Assembly: GCA_028534125.1 (NCBI GenBank)
Contig: CM052817.1
Location: forward strand, 27,282,001-27,346,000
DNA: 64,000 nucleotides
Source of the DNA: Lama glama
Taxonomy: Eukaryota
Reading direction: 5' to 3'
The notes beneath the pieces are model-generated. The model did not search any database. It was not told the origin of the DNA and saw only the letters and a program-made list of their open reading frames with translations. This document shows positions 49,760 to 62,135 of this stretch, one piece after another. Position 1 is the first letter of the stretch; each line of letters begins with the position of its first letter. The position numbers and the translations under genes were made by a program.

Positions 49760-50900
49760 TGTAGGTAGTTCTGGAGAGTTTAGAGGGATTCAAGAAGCAG
49801 AAATGTTTAGACAAAGGTTAAAACCACAATGATGACTGGCATTGCCCAATAATAGACTGAGAAGAGTAATCAGCCATGGGGTGTGACTAGGGAAACTGTC
49901 ATTTTAAAAATGGTAGAGAAAGAGGAACTCAGGAAGAAGATTGAGAAAAGAGGGCAAAGGAATATTGGAAAGTGAATCAGCAGAAGCATCAATGGGAAGA
50001 AGCATGTCTCAAGGAAGAAGAAGTAATGAACTGTGCCAGATGCAGGTAGAGAATTAGCCCATTGTAAGAACTGGAAAGTCCCTCTTGAATTAAAAAGTAT
50101 GGGATGATTGTTGACCTTAAGAACATTTGTACCAGATGGTGAGAATTGAAGTCAATGGTGAAGAGGCTCCAACAGGAGGAGAGAAATAAAGATTGAGACC
50201 GGGGATGACTCTCATGGCATGAGAGCTGAGAAGGAAGGAGAGAGAATGGGTATTAACTTGAGGGAGACGCACAATCCTTGGAGGACTTTTCTGTAGGGTA
50301 GGAATGTTCTTTGTCTTGTTTCTTGGAGAAAGAGGAGATTGGTGAGAGAAAGAAGATGAAGAGATAGGAGAGAGGGTAAAATAGGTAGGATGATGTCTTG
50401 GAAGATAGGAAAGGATAACACTGACAAGGAAGGAGAGACTTCTTATGTCCTCAGGCCAGGGGAGAGGAGGTGATCATGGGTGTATAAATGAAGAATGGAG
50501 TGTGACAGTGTCATTCTTTTGCAGCAGGAGGCAAAGATAACTAAAAATAAGTGAGAAGAGTGTTGCATAGAAAGCACAGAGAGAAGTGGGAGGTTGGATC
50601 AGTTGCTGAGGGGAACGGAAAAGGACTGGACTCAGTGAGGACCCAGCTGAGTTTGGAAACCATGAGTTTATAATGGAGCCAGCATGTTCTATTGAGTGAT
50701 CAAGGAGTTAGAAGTTTGTTACGAGGTCCAAGAACTAGTGCATGAGTGCATAGTTGAGAATGAGAGAGAGCTTGATGGATGATGTGGCAGACCTCGGGAT
50801 ACTATACTGGGTTTTCTAAGGTATCACTACAGGTAATGACAAGGTTCACAGTGGGTCTCTGAAGTGGAACCTGGCCTTACAAGAAGGTGAAGTGGATGAC
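49760..50900 (-). mobile_element. Degenerate L2 LINE (purine-rich on +)
   Basis: gtctcaaggaagaagaagtaatgaactgtgccagatgc…aagaactggaaagtccctcttgaatta…ttgttgacctt. Confidence 0.55.
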
Positions 50901-52399
50901 TCTTGTGTGGTTTGATGACACAGATGCTGAAAAGCCAAATCACCTCAAAAATTCACCTCTACCCCAAATAGGTATTTATAGGAGCCTGACTGTCTATAGG
51001 AATGCTTTATATCTGCCCTCATAGTAAACCTCATAGAACAAGACTGTTAAAATTTTAATCTGTAATGATTTCTACCGAAGCATGAATGAAAGGTAAAGAC
51101 AGTTCTCAGACATATTCATTGGTTTGTTGATATGGGAAGGAGCAAGTGGAGAGAGTGAGTGTAAGCTCTGACAGTGAGAGAGAGGGAGAAATTTCAGCTG
51201 CTGAACTGAATTCAACTTTGTCAAAATTTCCTTTTCCAAGCCCAGCTCCATCTGTAAGTGTAACATAACTAACAGTATCTCCACAGATGCAAGAATACAG
51301 CCTTGCAAATATCCCAGTCAAATTGTTACAAACTGTATAGAAACACAGGCTGTTTTGGAATCACAGAGAATCAAAAACTTGACAATTAGCAGTACATTGA
51401 ATTTAAGCAGCTTACCATTGGAGTTGGTTTCATATTACATCTCAATGCCCCAGCTTGAACAACTTTCCACTACTTTTATGGTCCTGGTTTTTTACCTAAG
51501 GAAAGAAATATGAGATACCTTAATTCCAGGAGCAAAATTAAGAATGGAGTTTGAGTGCTACAGAATTTGACAGAGAAGTAAATAAAAGAGGGTCTGTGAA
51601 ATAAGACATTCTGGCAAAAGAAAGCAAGGTTCTTAATAGCAGGTTTTAAATGAGCATGGTTAAGAAAAATAACATGGAACAGATTCTTTTATAAGCAAGG
51701 AAGAGAAAACACAGAAAGGAATAATGCAGGGTCAGAATGAAATGAACTAGAATTAGAGTTTGTGGCAGTGTATAACCAGAGTATTGCCACATGGATCTCG
51801 TGTTTTGATTTCAGTATCTTGACAGTTAGATAGAACTTTGGTTTAGAAGTGGGAGAGGACCTGGTTAGTGACTCCTTGGTTGGTTAAGGACTTTACAGTC
51901 ATGAGGCATCAGGAGTGTGGAACTTGAAGGAAGAGGCAGATGAGCGTGTTCACGTAGTAGGATTCAGGCACTTCACAGGGGCTGTTAGCAGTCAGTGACA
52001 TCATGGAAATTCTTAGTGGAGAGGTTCTTATTCCCTCAGACTAAGATAGGGTTGTCTGCAGTAATGGAACAATTTCTGCATGAAGGGTTATACAGATAAA
52101 GGAAATCTCTAAGTAACTTTAGCTGGTGTTGGACTTTCAAATCTTCTCCAAACAAATGTATGGCAGTCAGTCTCTCCTACAAAAAGATGGCTTTGAGTTT
52201 CACTATCATGTTCCCTCTTTCTACACCAGTGGTGATACCAGTAAGCAGTGAATTGGTCAGACTGCAGAGGGCAAGAGAGAAATGGTCCACGTCGAATTGG
52301 CTTGACTGTAACTGGAGAAGCCCCACAGCTGAGAAAGTTAACAGCACCGACAATCAATTTACAGAGTCTTTTTAAAGAAGTACAATTTGTCATCTTTTT

Positions 52400-52895
52400 C
52401 TGGATTTAACTATAATATAATCACTATATGAACGTAAAAATCAAAAAAATGTGTGGAAGGGAAAATAAAGTTGTGCGTAACAGTCTGCTCAGAGCCTGTT
52501 AGCATCCTGGGTGCAGTCTTCTGGTTTTTGCTCTGTACGTGTATCACGTATGCAGATGACATGGCTGAGTTATTACTGCACATCAGCTTTCTACCCTTCA
52601 TTTTCCCTTGTCCTTGATCATGAGGATTTCTCCAGGTTGCTAAGAATGCTGAAAACACCATTTTGATGGCTGTATATTTTTCCCCCATAGGGACATACAT
52701 TAAATTATTTAGGTATACTTTTTTATTGGGCATTTGGATTATTCCCATTTTTAACTTATTATAAATAAAGTTGTGATGAGCAATCATGCACATAAATCCT
52801 TTTTTCCTGACAGTTTTTTAGAATAAAGTCTCACAGTAAAATTGCTAGATCAAAGAAAACCCACATTTTTAAGGTGCCTCTCACACTCTGCACAT
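52400..52895 (-). mobile_element. Old L1 (L1ME-like) 3' fragment
   Basis: ttgggcatttggattattcccatttt…ataaataaagttgtgatgagcaatcatgcacataaatc…aaattgctagatcaaag. Confidence 0.7.
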
Positions 52896-53479
52896 GTGAT
52901 GAAATGTGATAAGCACCTGAGGCAGGAGACTCAGTTATAAAGGCTAATGACTACTTTGTTATTAGCTATAAGAACCCTTTAAAGGTTTTTGAGTCCTAGA
53001 CCTTTGCTGTAAGTTCCCATACATAATACAATTAAGAAGACAAATCTCTCTTATATGCCATCTGCGAGGGAATTTGTGCCAAATTAAACAAACAGACCTC
53101 TTTTTAGAAAGCAAACCCAGGAGGCAAGAATTACCAGGGGTTTCACTGAACTACTTTATTCCAGGCAGGTTTTAGGTTTAGTATCAAGTGGGATCTGGCA
53201 GGGGCCATGGAGTGAAAATGTGTTTAGGGTGTGTGGGGGGACTTTCCTGTATTTCACTAGTCTCCATGAGGATTTATCTTCATATTGTAGGATCCAGACC
53301 CATCACTGGGAGGCTAGTTCAGGCCACAAGCCTGTCTACTTATCCATAGCTACTGTCATTGTTTTAATTTGCTGAAATTAAGCTATCAAGACTTCAAGTG
53401 TGGCTTGAGTTTTCTGTTATGCTATATGTTTTGGGCCTTATGGGAAAACATCTATGAGACTGTGCAAGGCAGGGTAATG

Positions 53480-53670
53480 GGCGTTGGAGATGAGGTTTGA
53501 ATCCCAGCTCCATCATTTGTGGCTGTGTGACAGTGGGGAATCATTCTACCACTCAGGGCCTTACCTTTTGTTTCCTCATCTGTATATTAGGAGCAACTGA
53601 GCCCACCTTGTAGGGCTGTAGTGAGAAGGAAAAGAAAAATGTCTTTGAAATACTTAGCACAATCTTGTTT
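53480..53670 (+). mobile_element. MIR SINE
   Basis: ggtttgaatcccagctccatcatttgtggctgtgtgac…tttcctcatctgta. Confidence 0.8.
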
Positions 53671-53699
53671 CTAAATTTTTTTTAATCTTACAAATGCAC

Positions 53700-53800
53700 T
53701 CACACACATGCACACACACAAATTATTTATTGCAGCCTATTTTGAAGTAGCAAAAGATTGGAAACAGCCTAAGTGTCCATCAATAGAAAATTAATTATTC
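53700..53800 (+). mobile_element. L1 3' fragment
   Basis: tttattgcagcctattttgaagtagcaaaagattggaaacagcctaagtgtccatcaatag. Confidence 0.7.
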
Positions 53801-55059
53801 TGTGACCAGTAGCTGTTCTCACTGCTTTAAGTATGAAGAAACTGACAAGGTTAACATTTCAACATTTTGAATTCTTTAAGGCATCATAATTGAAAAAGTG
53901 CAGTTTTGCCTGTTAGCTCTGTATTATGTTATTAGATGTGGATTTAATGGGTAAATGTCCATCTCACCCTAAATTCAATCATTCAGGAAGTAATTATTAT
54001 ATGCCAGCATTATGCTGTGGTTTCACATCCTCATTAGAAGTTCAAAATTTTAAAATTGTATTCATTTTGGCATGTAGTCTTTTGGAAATAATTTTCAGAT
54101 CCAGTTTCATTATGTGGATATGAAATCCTCCCTAATACATTTGAGAACACTCCGTACTTGGTCTTGTAACTTCTTGGCATACAAATTTATATAATAAATA
54201 TAAAGCTCATATTGGGAATGTCTTGTGAGTAGCAGGAAGATGTTTAAGGTTAAGGCCTGAATATATGAAATTATTAAAACATATTTTGGCAAGTGTGGAT
54301 TTCACTTCGTAAGGGAAAGAATCTGTGGCTTTTCTCCCAGAGTGTGTATACGTGAAGCAAGAATGAGTCTATCTTGAAGGAGGCGGGTATTTGCTTCTTG
54401 CAGTGTCGAGATGGCACAGTTGTAGCAGATACCCCCAGCCTGCTGGCCCTCCCACGAGATTTTCCAGCCACTTTTGGGTTTCAGGTCCAGCGGCTGTAAC
54501 AGATACTGTTGATACTACAAAAGCTGTACTAATACTAGCCTAAGTAATAGACCTGCCTTTCTGGAACTGTTTGTTGTCTGAAAGGAGAAAAAAAAAAAAG
54601 ACAGCCTTCTTTCAGCCATTGTTGTCACTTAGTGACTTCAAGTGCAAACTAACTTGCCTAGTTGAACAAAAAAGAATGTGTGAGATACAAAATCAAAGGA
54701 GGGCAGGAGATGTATGGTGACTTTATAATAAACATTGTATTTACAAGGCGCTTTTTTAGTTCACCCTCTGACTGCACAGTCTCTTCATTTGTGATAGTTC
54801 TGGTGGGGTTTGTGTTTGATTTTGAAACTTCCATATAGTCTAGATATGCTCAACTTTAATTATTTCCAGTCTTGTGTTTCTGTATGTTTTTATGATTAAG
54901 AATACTTTAAACTTGCTAAATCTACATTTTTCACATAACTTTTAACTTTAAAAGCAATTTATTGTTTTATCTCACTGTAAAAGCAATACTTGCTTATTTC
55001 AGAAAAAAATGAAAATAATTACAATGTTTTTGGATGACAGTCTAGAATTATCTATCGTA

Positions 55060-55700
55060 TAAAAACAATGCAGATATCCTTTGACTAAGCAATTTCACTT
55101 CTAAGTATTATATCCTACAGACACATTCCCACTTGTGTGAAATGACATATATATAACGTTTTCAATTGCAGCATTTTTGCCTCAGGAAATGATTAGAAAT
55201 AACCTTAATTCCATCAAAAAGGGACTGGTTACTAAGTTGTGGTCTTTTATGGTTAAGATCACCTTACGTCCAGCTTTGTCTGAGACAGTCCTGGTTTATG
55301 TCTTTTGTTCCACTGTAATTAGTAATAGCATCCCTTTCCAAAGTGTCTTCATTTGGGCAGTAAATTATATGTTTATCCTAATTTTGACCTGCTTATGCCA
55401 TGGAATACCACAGTCTTAAAAAAAAGGAATGATGACACTCTTTACCTATTGATTAATAATAATAATTTTAAAAAAGCAAGGTGTAGCTACTTTGGGTTTA
55501 AAAAAAATGAAAGGTGTAGAATATATGTACATAGATTGGTATACACACAAAATGCTTCTGGAAAAATATATGAGAAACTGGAAATATTAGTTGCCTTGAG
55601 AGTAGGAATCTGGGTGACTGGAGGACAGAACTAGGAAGAAAACTTCACAATATACCCTTTTGTGTATTTTTTAATTATATGAATAAATCTCCTTTTCAAA
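55060..55700 (+). mobile_element. Old L1 (L1ME-like) 3' region
   Basis: cctttgactaagcaatttcacttctaag…ttagaaataaccttaattccatcaaaaagggactggtt…ctggaaaaatatatgagaaactg. Confidence 0.7.
55254..55380 (+). mobile_element. MER94-like hAT-Blackjack MITE nested in L1
   Basis: gacagtcctggtttatg…tgtaattagtaatagcatccctttc…taaattatatgtttatccta. Confidence 0.7.
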
Positions 55701-55879
55701 ATACTCAGAAGAATTTTAGAAGGGAAGAAAAATTACATATCTACATAGAAAAATCACTTAAAATTAGACATCCTAATGCTAACAATGCTTACTCTGAGTA
55801 ATTCCATTGCAAGTCATCTTTTAAAAGAACTGTATAATTTAGACTTCTATCTTCTTCAGACCATTGTAGTGCCTAACAT

Positions 55880-56350
55880 AAATCTATACCAACAGGGGTG
55901 TATACCATAATAGTTTCCAGCATGAGTACATACCACAATTTTATTTCGGCAATCCCCTGTTGTTGAGCATTTAGGTTGTCTTTGGTTTTTCATTTTCAAC
56001 AGTGTTCCAGTGAGTTTTCTTTTACAAACATCTTTGTAAAAGAATCATGTTTAAGTCTTTAGAACATATTCCTGAAAGATAAATGGCTGAATCCAAGAAA
56101 TGCAAAATCCGAAGGCTTTTGGCACTTATTTCTAAATCGCCTTTCTGGAAGATAGTATAGCACCGATCCCCAGTCTTGCAAGCTGAATATAAGACTGCCG
56201 ACTTCATACCTTCTCCAACGCTCGGTCTTATCAATTGTGTTCATCTTGGCCAATCCAATGGTAAAATTGTTTTTATGCTGTTTAAACCTGCATTAAAAAT
56301 TTTTTAGTAGGTTAAAACCTCCCCCAGATATTGGCCATTTGTATTTCTTA
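55880..56350 (-). mobile_element. Old L1 fragment
   Basis: caatcccctgttgttgagcatttaggttgt…ttggccaatccaatggtaaa…ttggccatttgtatttctt. Confidence 0.7.
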
Positions 56351-57599
56351 CGAATAAAAGCTAACAGAAGAAAAACAAACAAACTTTTAGTGGGACAAAA
56401 GCCTTAAAATTGTGCTCTGGGAGGGTGAGATTTTGCTTTCTTTTTTTTCTTTTTGCTTGTCCAACTACTCAGATTTAAAGCTGCTTTTAGAAATATCAAA
56501 TCTAAAATGATTGTGTAAGTCTAAAGGCCAGCTGCTGCATTATACCAGCCTGGTACCTCTCAGTGTCAGGGCAGTTCACCACATCCTATTGTCTGTCCTG
56601 TGAGAGTCTTGCTCAGTCCCAGAAGTTGACAACATAATCATATCTCCACTTCTGATTCTTGCACGGTGATACTGGTAAGATGGGAGATGTCTTAGAAGTT
56701 CATTGTAATTTGCTGAATGTTTTAAACTAACAATAGAACGTTGTACCCTTACATATGGGGTGGAAGAATCATTTGTGTTAGGATGGTTTTACCTTAATCT
56801 GCTTTTCAAATGGCGCTGAGTCAAATGTCTCAACACAGTCGCACAGTCCATCTGGCGTGCAGACGGGCATCATTAATCCAGCAGTTATCTGCATCGTGTA
56901 TATGTGTCCAAACATCAAACAAATCAAACTCCTTTGATGTCCTTCTCAATCAGTCTTTAGTTTCAAAAATATTCTCTGCAGCGCTGAGCCTAACTGCAGA
57001 ATTGCTTTAAGTCTTCTTTCTCCTCCCCCTCACTTCACACTCACACAGTGTTTTAAGGGAATTAAAACACTCAGCTGCTTCAAAAGACACTCAGGCTGGG
57101 ATGGCTGCCTTCCTCTAGGATCTTCTCAGTGTGTGCAACATACAAGGGTGTATGTAACGTACAGGCAGCAGTGTGTCCATTTCTTTACACTGTGTGGTCC
57201 AAGGTGCCTGGCAAGACCCCACTTGGAGGCTTTTCTGTTGCCTAGCAGGGCTGCAGAGAGCTGCTTCTTAAGGGCAGTATTTGATAGCTAACTGGGATTT
57301 TTAGGAAGGCATTGCGTAGGAAGAGGGTGCACACCAGGCTTATTTAATTTTCTCACTGGTAACGTTGTGAAGCATCTGAGTGTAATTTACATTCTATAGA
57401 TCAGGTAACTGAGACCCAGACCTATGAAGGGAGGAGGCAGGAATTTTAAATTCCAAATCTCATGTTTTTTCTCATCATATCATACTAGGTGTCCTGTAGA
57501 ACAATTGTTAAGTGAACAAATTTCATGTCAACTTTCTAAGATTATAGTCAAATACATAAAAATAGACAAGTAAATGTCCTTGAACCATTTAATGCCATC

Positions 57600-57772
57600 T
57601 CCTTTCCCCTGAGTCACATACTTGGCCACAAAGAAAGCCTTCAAAAGCTCAGAGAGGAGAGAGATTTATCAGAGAACACTCCCTGATTACAATGTAATGA
57701 GAATAGAAAAAATGCAAGGCAATTTTAAAAAACCTTATCCACTTGTAAATTATAAAACTCACTCATTGATAA
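57600..57772 (+). mobile_element. Decayed L1 ORF2 endonuclease-region fragment
   Basis: Translates across a frameshift as SHILGHKESL… then EIYQRTLPDYNVMRIE, resembling L1 ORF2 DHILGHK…EII…SDHN; runs into the gap. Confidence 0.7.
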
Positions 57773-58271
57773 NNNNNNNNNNNNNNNNNNNNNNNNNNNN
57801 NNNNNNNNNNNNNNNNNNNNNNNNNNNNNNNNNNNNNNNNNNNNNNNNNNNNNNNNNNNNNNNNNNNNNNNNNNNNNNNNNNNNNNNNNNNNNNNNNNNN
57901 NNNNNNNNNNNNNNNNNNNNNNNNNNNNNNNNNNNNNNNNNNNNNNNNNNNNNNNNNNNNNNNNNNNNNNNNNNNNNNNNNNNNNNNNNNNNNNNNNNNN
58001 NNNNNNNNNNNNNNNNNNNNNNNNNNNNNNNNNNNNNNNNNNNNNNNNNNNNNNNNNNNNNNNNNNNNNNNNNNNNNNNNNNNNNNNNNNNNNNNNNNNN
58101 NNNNNNNNNNNNNNNNNNNNNNNNNNNNNNNNNNNNNNNNNNNNNNNNNNNNNNNNNNNNNNNNNNNNNNNNNNNNNNNNNNNNNNNNNNNNNNNNNNNN
58201 NNNNNNNNNNNNNNNNNNNNNNNNNNNNNNNNNNNNNNNNNNNNNNNNNNNNNNNNNNNNNNNNNNNNNNN
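57773..58271. other. Assembly gap (N run)
   Basis: 499 N. Confidence 1.
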
Positions 58272-58429
58272 NGCTTAGCGCAGGGACTCTTTCAAAAGAA
58301 CATCTTTAAAGGAAAATGAAATTTGATCCGTTCTATATAGAATGCTAAAGATGGTAGTGATGATTCTGTGTTCTACCCTTTAAGAACTTTGAGAGAAAAA
58401 TCCACATCTGGTCCACTTTTGTGCAGGTG

Positions 58430-58935
58430 GCCATTGTTGCAAGTTTTGTCTGCCCTGAACCCCTCTCCTGGGAATCGCATTCTTCTTTTGGAAACGGCTC
58501 CAGCCCCTACTCCTCCCACCGCTGATTAAAACAATTCTTGGCCTCCTTTACCCTGTTCTGTTAGTCACTGTGGGAGGGTCAGGCCAATAAGGGTCTTTTC
58601 CTTTTCCTGGGATCTTTTTCAAACTGCAAGGGGAAAAGAGAGTCCTCTCAGGGGGTGACAATCTTCATGTGTGAGATTGGGAACCTGGGAACCTGGGGAC
58701 CCATGTGGAGGAAAGCTGTGTGCAGTGAAAGCGAATAAGCCAATGTACAGAGCGAGCAGACAGCAGGTGAAGGAATTCCTGGTTCCAAACACATGAGGCC
58801 CTGGTTTCCAGTTGTTTCAAAGGGTCAGCTACCCGCTTACTCCCTTGTGGCTGGGATGCACTGGGCTCTGTAATCCAATCAACCTGTGTCCATCTGGGCC
58901 TCTCTCACCTGCAAATAGAAGTCCCAGCTCCTGTC
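58430..58935 (+). mobile_element. Old MaLR LTR (MLT1J/K-like)
   Basis: caggccaataagggtc…cctgggatc…aagccaatgtacagag…ctctcacctgcaaatagaagtcc. Confidence 0.55.
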
Positions 58936-59959
58936 ATGACCCCTTCCTGCCCAAAGCACTTAGCACATTGCCTTTCATACTGTAAGCATGCAATTAATAT
59001 CTTTCAATAAATAGAAAACTTAAGCTAAAGATAATAGAACCTCCCTGCTGGCTCTTTGATCTTCACTCTGACGCAGATTCCCGTTTTGCTCCCATTACTG
59101 AAAACATGTTAACAGGTGGTTTTCAAATGCCTTAAAATATTCAACTTTATATTCTTCTTTTAAAAAAGTGTTTAGATACGGAACTTGGGATGGGTGATGT
59201 GAAGGGATTTAATGTAACTCTTTCTGTTGATGGAGACAGTGAGAGCACGGCAGAGAGATTAGAAAGCAGAGGATCCTTGCAAAACCCTGTGCAAGGATGG
59301 GGAGAAAGGCTGACCGGGGACACCGGAAGGATTACCAAGCGGCCCGTGGAGGCGGGAGCTTGTAAATGTGTAGCAGCTCCAGACCCAATAAAGCGCCATG
59401 ATTTCCAGTAGCACCAGGAGCAGAGCATTAGGGGTTTAGGGTGATCAGTAAATCCTACTCCTCACTTCCCCTCCCAGCTGAGACATAAACACGGGAGTCA
59501 GACAGAGATCAAATTGTCAGCTCTACTTCCCATGAAACAAATAGGAGACCGTGGGTTTAGAGCTACAGCCAAGTGGGTTTGCTAATCCTCACTCCTGAAT
59601 TCAACAAATTCTTCCACCCATTGCTGGCACAGCTGGACAACCACAGGCCTCCCCGGCAGAGAGGCCCCCTACCACACGGCAGGGACAGACCGGACGCATG
59701 TGTCCTACAGACAGGCTGTTGTCCACAGAGAGGAATTCCAAAACTGGCTGAGCTGAGCCTGCCCCGTTCCCTCTCCCAAGTCAACCTTGGGGAGGAAGAG
59801 TGTGGGGCTCGGCGTATTATTCCTCCATGAAGAAACAGGAAGAGTGGCCGTCCCTGATCCCTCCTAAGTACAGACAAGAGGTGGTTGGCTTGGCCGCCAA
59901 GGCTCATTTCTAAGGCTCACTGTTTCACCTGTATTATTTCCTTTTCCTGATTCTTTCTC

Positions 59960-60330
59960 CCTAATGGATAGGCAGGAGTGGAATGCTGAAGATGCCAGCA
60001 GAAGAGCATGTCACACTGGTCTGGACTGGATCAGGAAGGAGATAAGCCATGGAGTAGAAGAAAGTGGACTGAGCAAAAAGGGCAGAGTCTGGAGATGAAA
60101 GAGCAGGTGTTAGAGGAGAGAAGTGAGAAACCTGGGTTAAGGGGGAGGTGGTCCTCAGGCCAAGGAGTAGGTGTTGGAGTTTTTGATTCCACAGGGCAGG
60201 TGTGGGTGATGGTGATGATCCTGAAATGGCTGTGTAAGTAAAAACTACTGGAATTGAGGAAATCAAAGAACTGAAAAGCCAAGCTGTTGAACAGGTTGCT
60301 GTGTAGAATCTAAATCACCTGGACTGTTGA
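59960..60330 (-). mobile_element. Degenerate L2 fragment
   Basis: Purine-rich; ggagatgaaagagcagg…gaattgagg…gtagaatctaaatcacc. Confidence 0.45.
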
Positions 60331-60779
60331 CTGTAGTGAATGGTGCGCCTGTGCTGGGGTCCTCCACCCACAGCGAGTAGGATGGGAGGTCACGGTGGGG
60401 AAGGACTGATGGCTCAGACCTCACGCGCGATGAGGATCGCCCATGAGCGTGATGGCATCAGTGGTCTGGGAGGGCAAGGGAGCTCTGAAACAAGCCGGGT
60501 GCCGCGTCCTCCTGACCTGCGGCTTTCCTAGAGAAGCAACCAGCCGATCTTCCTTTGACCCGCTGTACCTTTTCTCATAATCTCTTCTCTGCAACACTTC
60601 CCAGGGTGTCTCTTTGTGTTTTTCCTCCATTGTTTTTATTCTACACTGCCTTCTTAACTTCCTGTAATCTGGTTTTTATCCTGTTGTTCCACAGAGAAGT
60701 TGTCCCCAGAGTCAATCATGTCCTTCTAATCAGAAAATTCTATTCATAGATGACTTACTAGTTTTATCCTAATGATAGA

Positions 60780-61260
60780 AATAAGTATCAAGTGGAAAAC
60801 ATTTATTGTGCCAAACACTGTTCTTTTCCTAAGCACTTTACCTACATTTTCTTAGCTCCACAACAGCCCTATGACATGAGTAGCCTCATTTTTATGGTGA
60901 ATGAACATTCATTCATTCCATGTGTATTTCTTGAAGGTTTACTTATGATACATGAGAGATCATTCTGGATAGTATCTAGGTGAGAACAAGAGAGTGCCGA
61001 GGCCCTGGCAGGGATCTACTTGGTTTGGTTGAAGACCAGCAGGAGCTGTGCCTGGCTGCGGGGAGAGGGAGCGAGGTGGGGTGGCTTTGCCAGGCAATGG
61101 CACCAGCTCCTGTCGGGCCGTTAGGCCACTGTAAGGACTTGGGCTTTAGAGGAGAAAACTGAGGCGGAGACCACGTGAGCCGCTTGCCCCGGGTTGTTCA
61201 GCGGCTAAGTGGAGGAGCTGGGGTCCTTCCTAGATGTGACGCTGCCGCGTTGGGCACTGG
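60780..61260 (-). mobile_element. MIR interrupted by L2 fragments
   Basis: ctccacaacagccctatga…ttttatggtga, then cattcattcattcc…ggccactgtaaggacttggg, then gaaaactgaggcggaga…cgcttgccc. Confidence 0.6.
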
Positions 61261-61379
61261 GCCCACGTGCTCCCTGCACAGTGCTCTCGGTTCCTCCCGT
61301 CAGTCTTGTCTGGGTCTTTTCCTGCTCTCACCTGCTTCTCCTCAGGCACAGGGGGTTCCTCCACCTCTAACCATCCTTT

Positions 61380-62135
61380 GAACATCGGTATTCGGGGTGG
61401 CCCTGTTTTAGTCTTCTGCTGTGTCCTCACCCCAGGGACTTCCAATCCTACATGTCCTGCTGGGGCCTCGCTTCTGAGCTCTAGACCCAAATATAAGCTC
61501 TCAGTGAGCTGTAGCTTTGAATATGGAATATTCCAAGCTTACTTCATTATTTCCACTTCTCACACATCTCCCCTCCCTCCATTCTTTAAGATGGTCTCAG
61601 TGGCTAAGAACCTCCGCATCACCCCGATCCCCTCTCCTCGTCCTCATCCTCTGCTCAAACAATCCGCTCAAGTGCCAAGCCAAGGAGGGGTGCTCACGTC
61701 CTTGCCCTTGTCTGCCCTTGCTGCTTCTGGATGAGCTCAGGCTTCCACATCCCTCCCCGAGCTCTTGTCCTTCCCTCTTCCTCAGACCCTCTCCTCCACC
61801 CAGTGGACCTCTCCTGCTGCCACCCAACGTGTTCTCCTAAAGTAAAGGTTGGATCCAGGACTCTTCCCACCCTCATCAGCTGGCCTGGATTCCTCACTGC
61901 CTAGAGGACAGTCCTTCCCAAGGCTCTCACAGCTCTGTCGAGCGTGCCTCTCATAACTTTCTTCCCCTCCCAGCCTTTTATTCTCTCCCTGCAGCCCGCT
62001 GTGCTTCTGCTCACTTCCCATCCATAAATTTTTTTCTTCTCCTTCAGGCAGCCACCTTCTGGGTCAAACTTCCCCAGAACTCCCCCAGGCAGAGTGAGTG
62101 GCTCTTGCCTCTCAGTGGAAGGCCTGGTATCCTCA
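61380..62135 (+). mobile_element. L2 LINE 3' region
   Basis: ctgagctctagacccaaata…ctcaaacaatccgctcaagtgcc…gacagtccttcccaaggctctcacagct…ctcattaaatgc. Confidence 0.6.
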
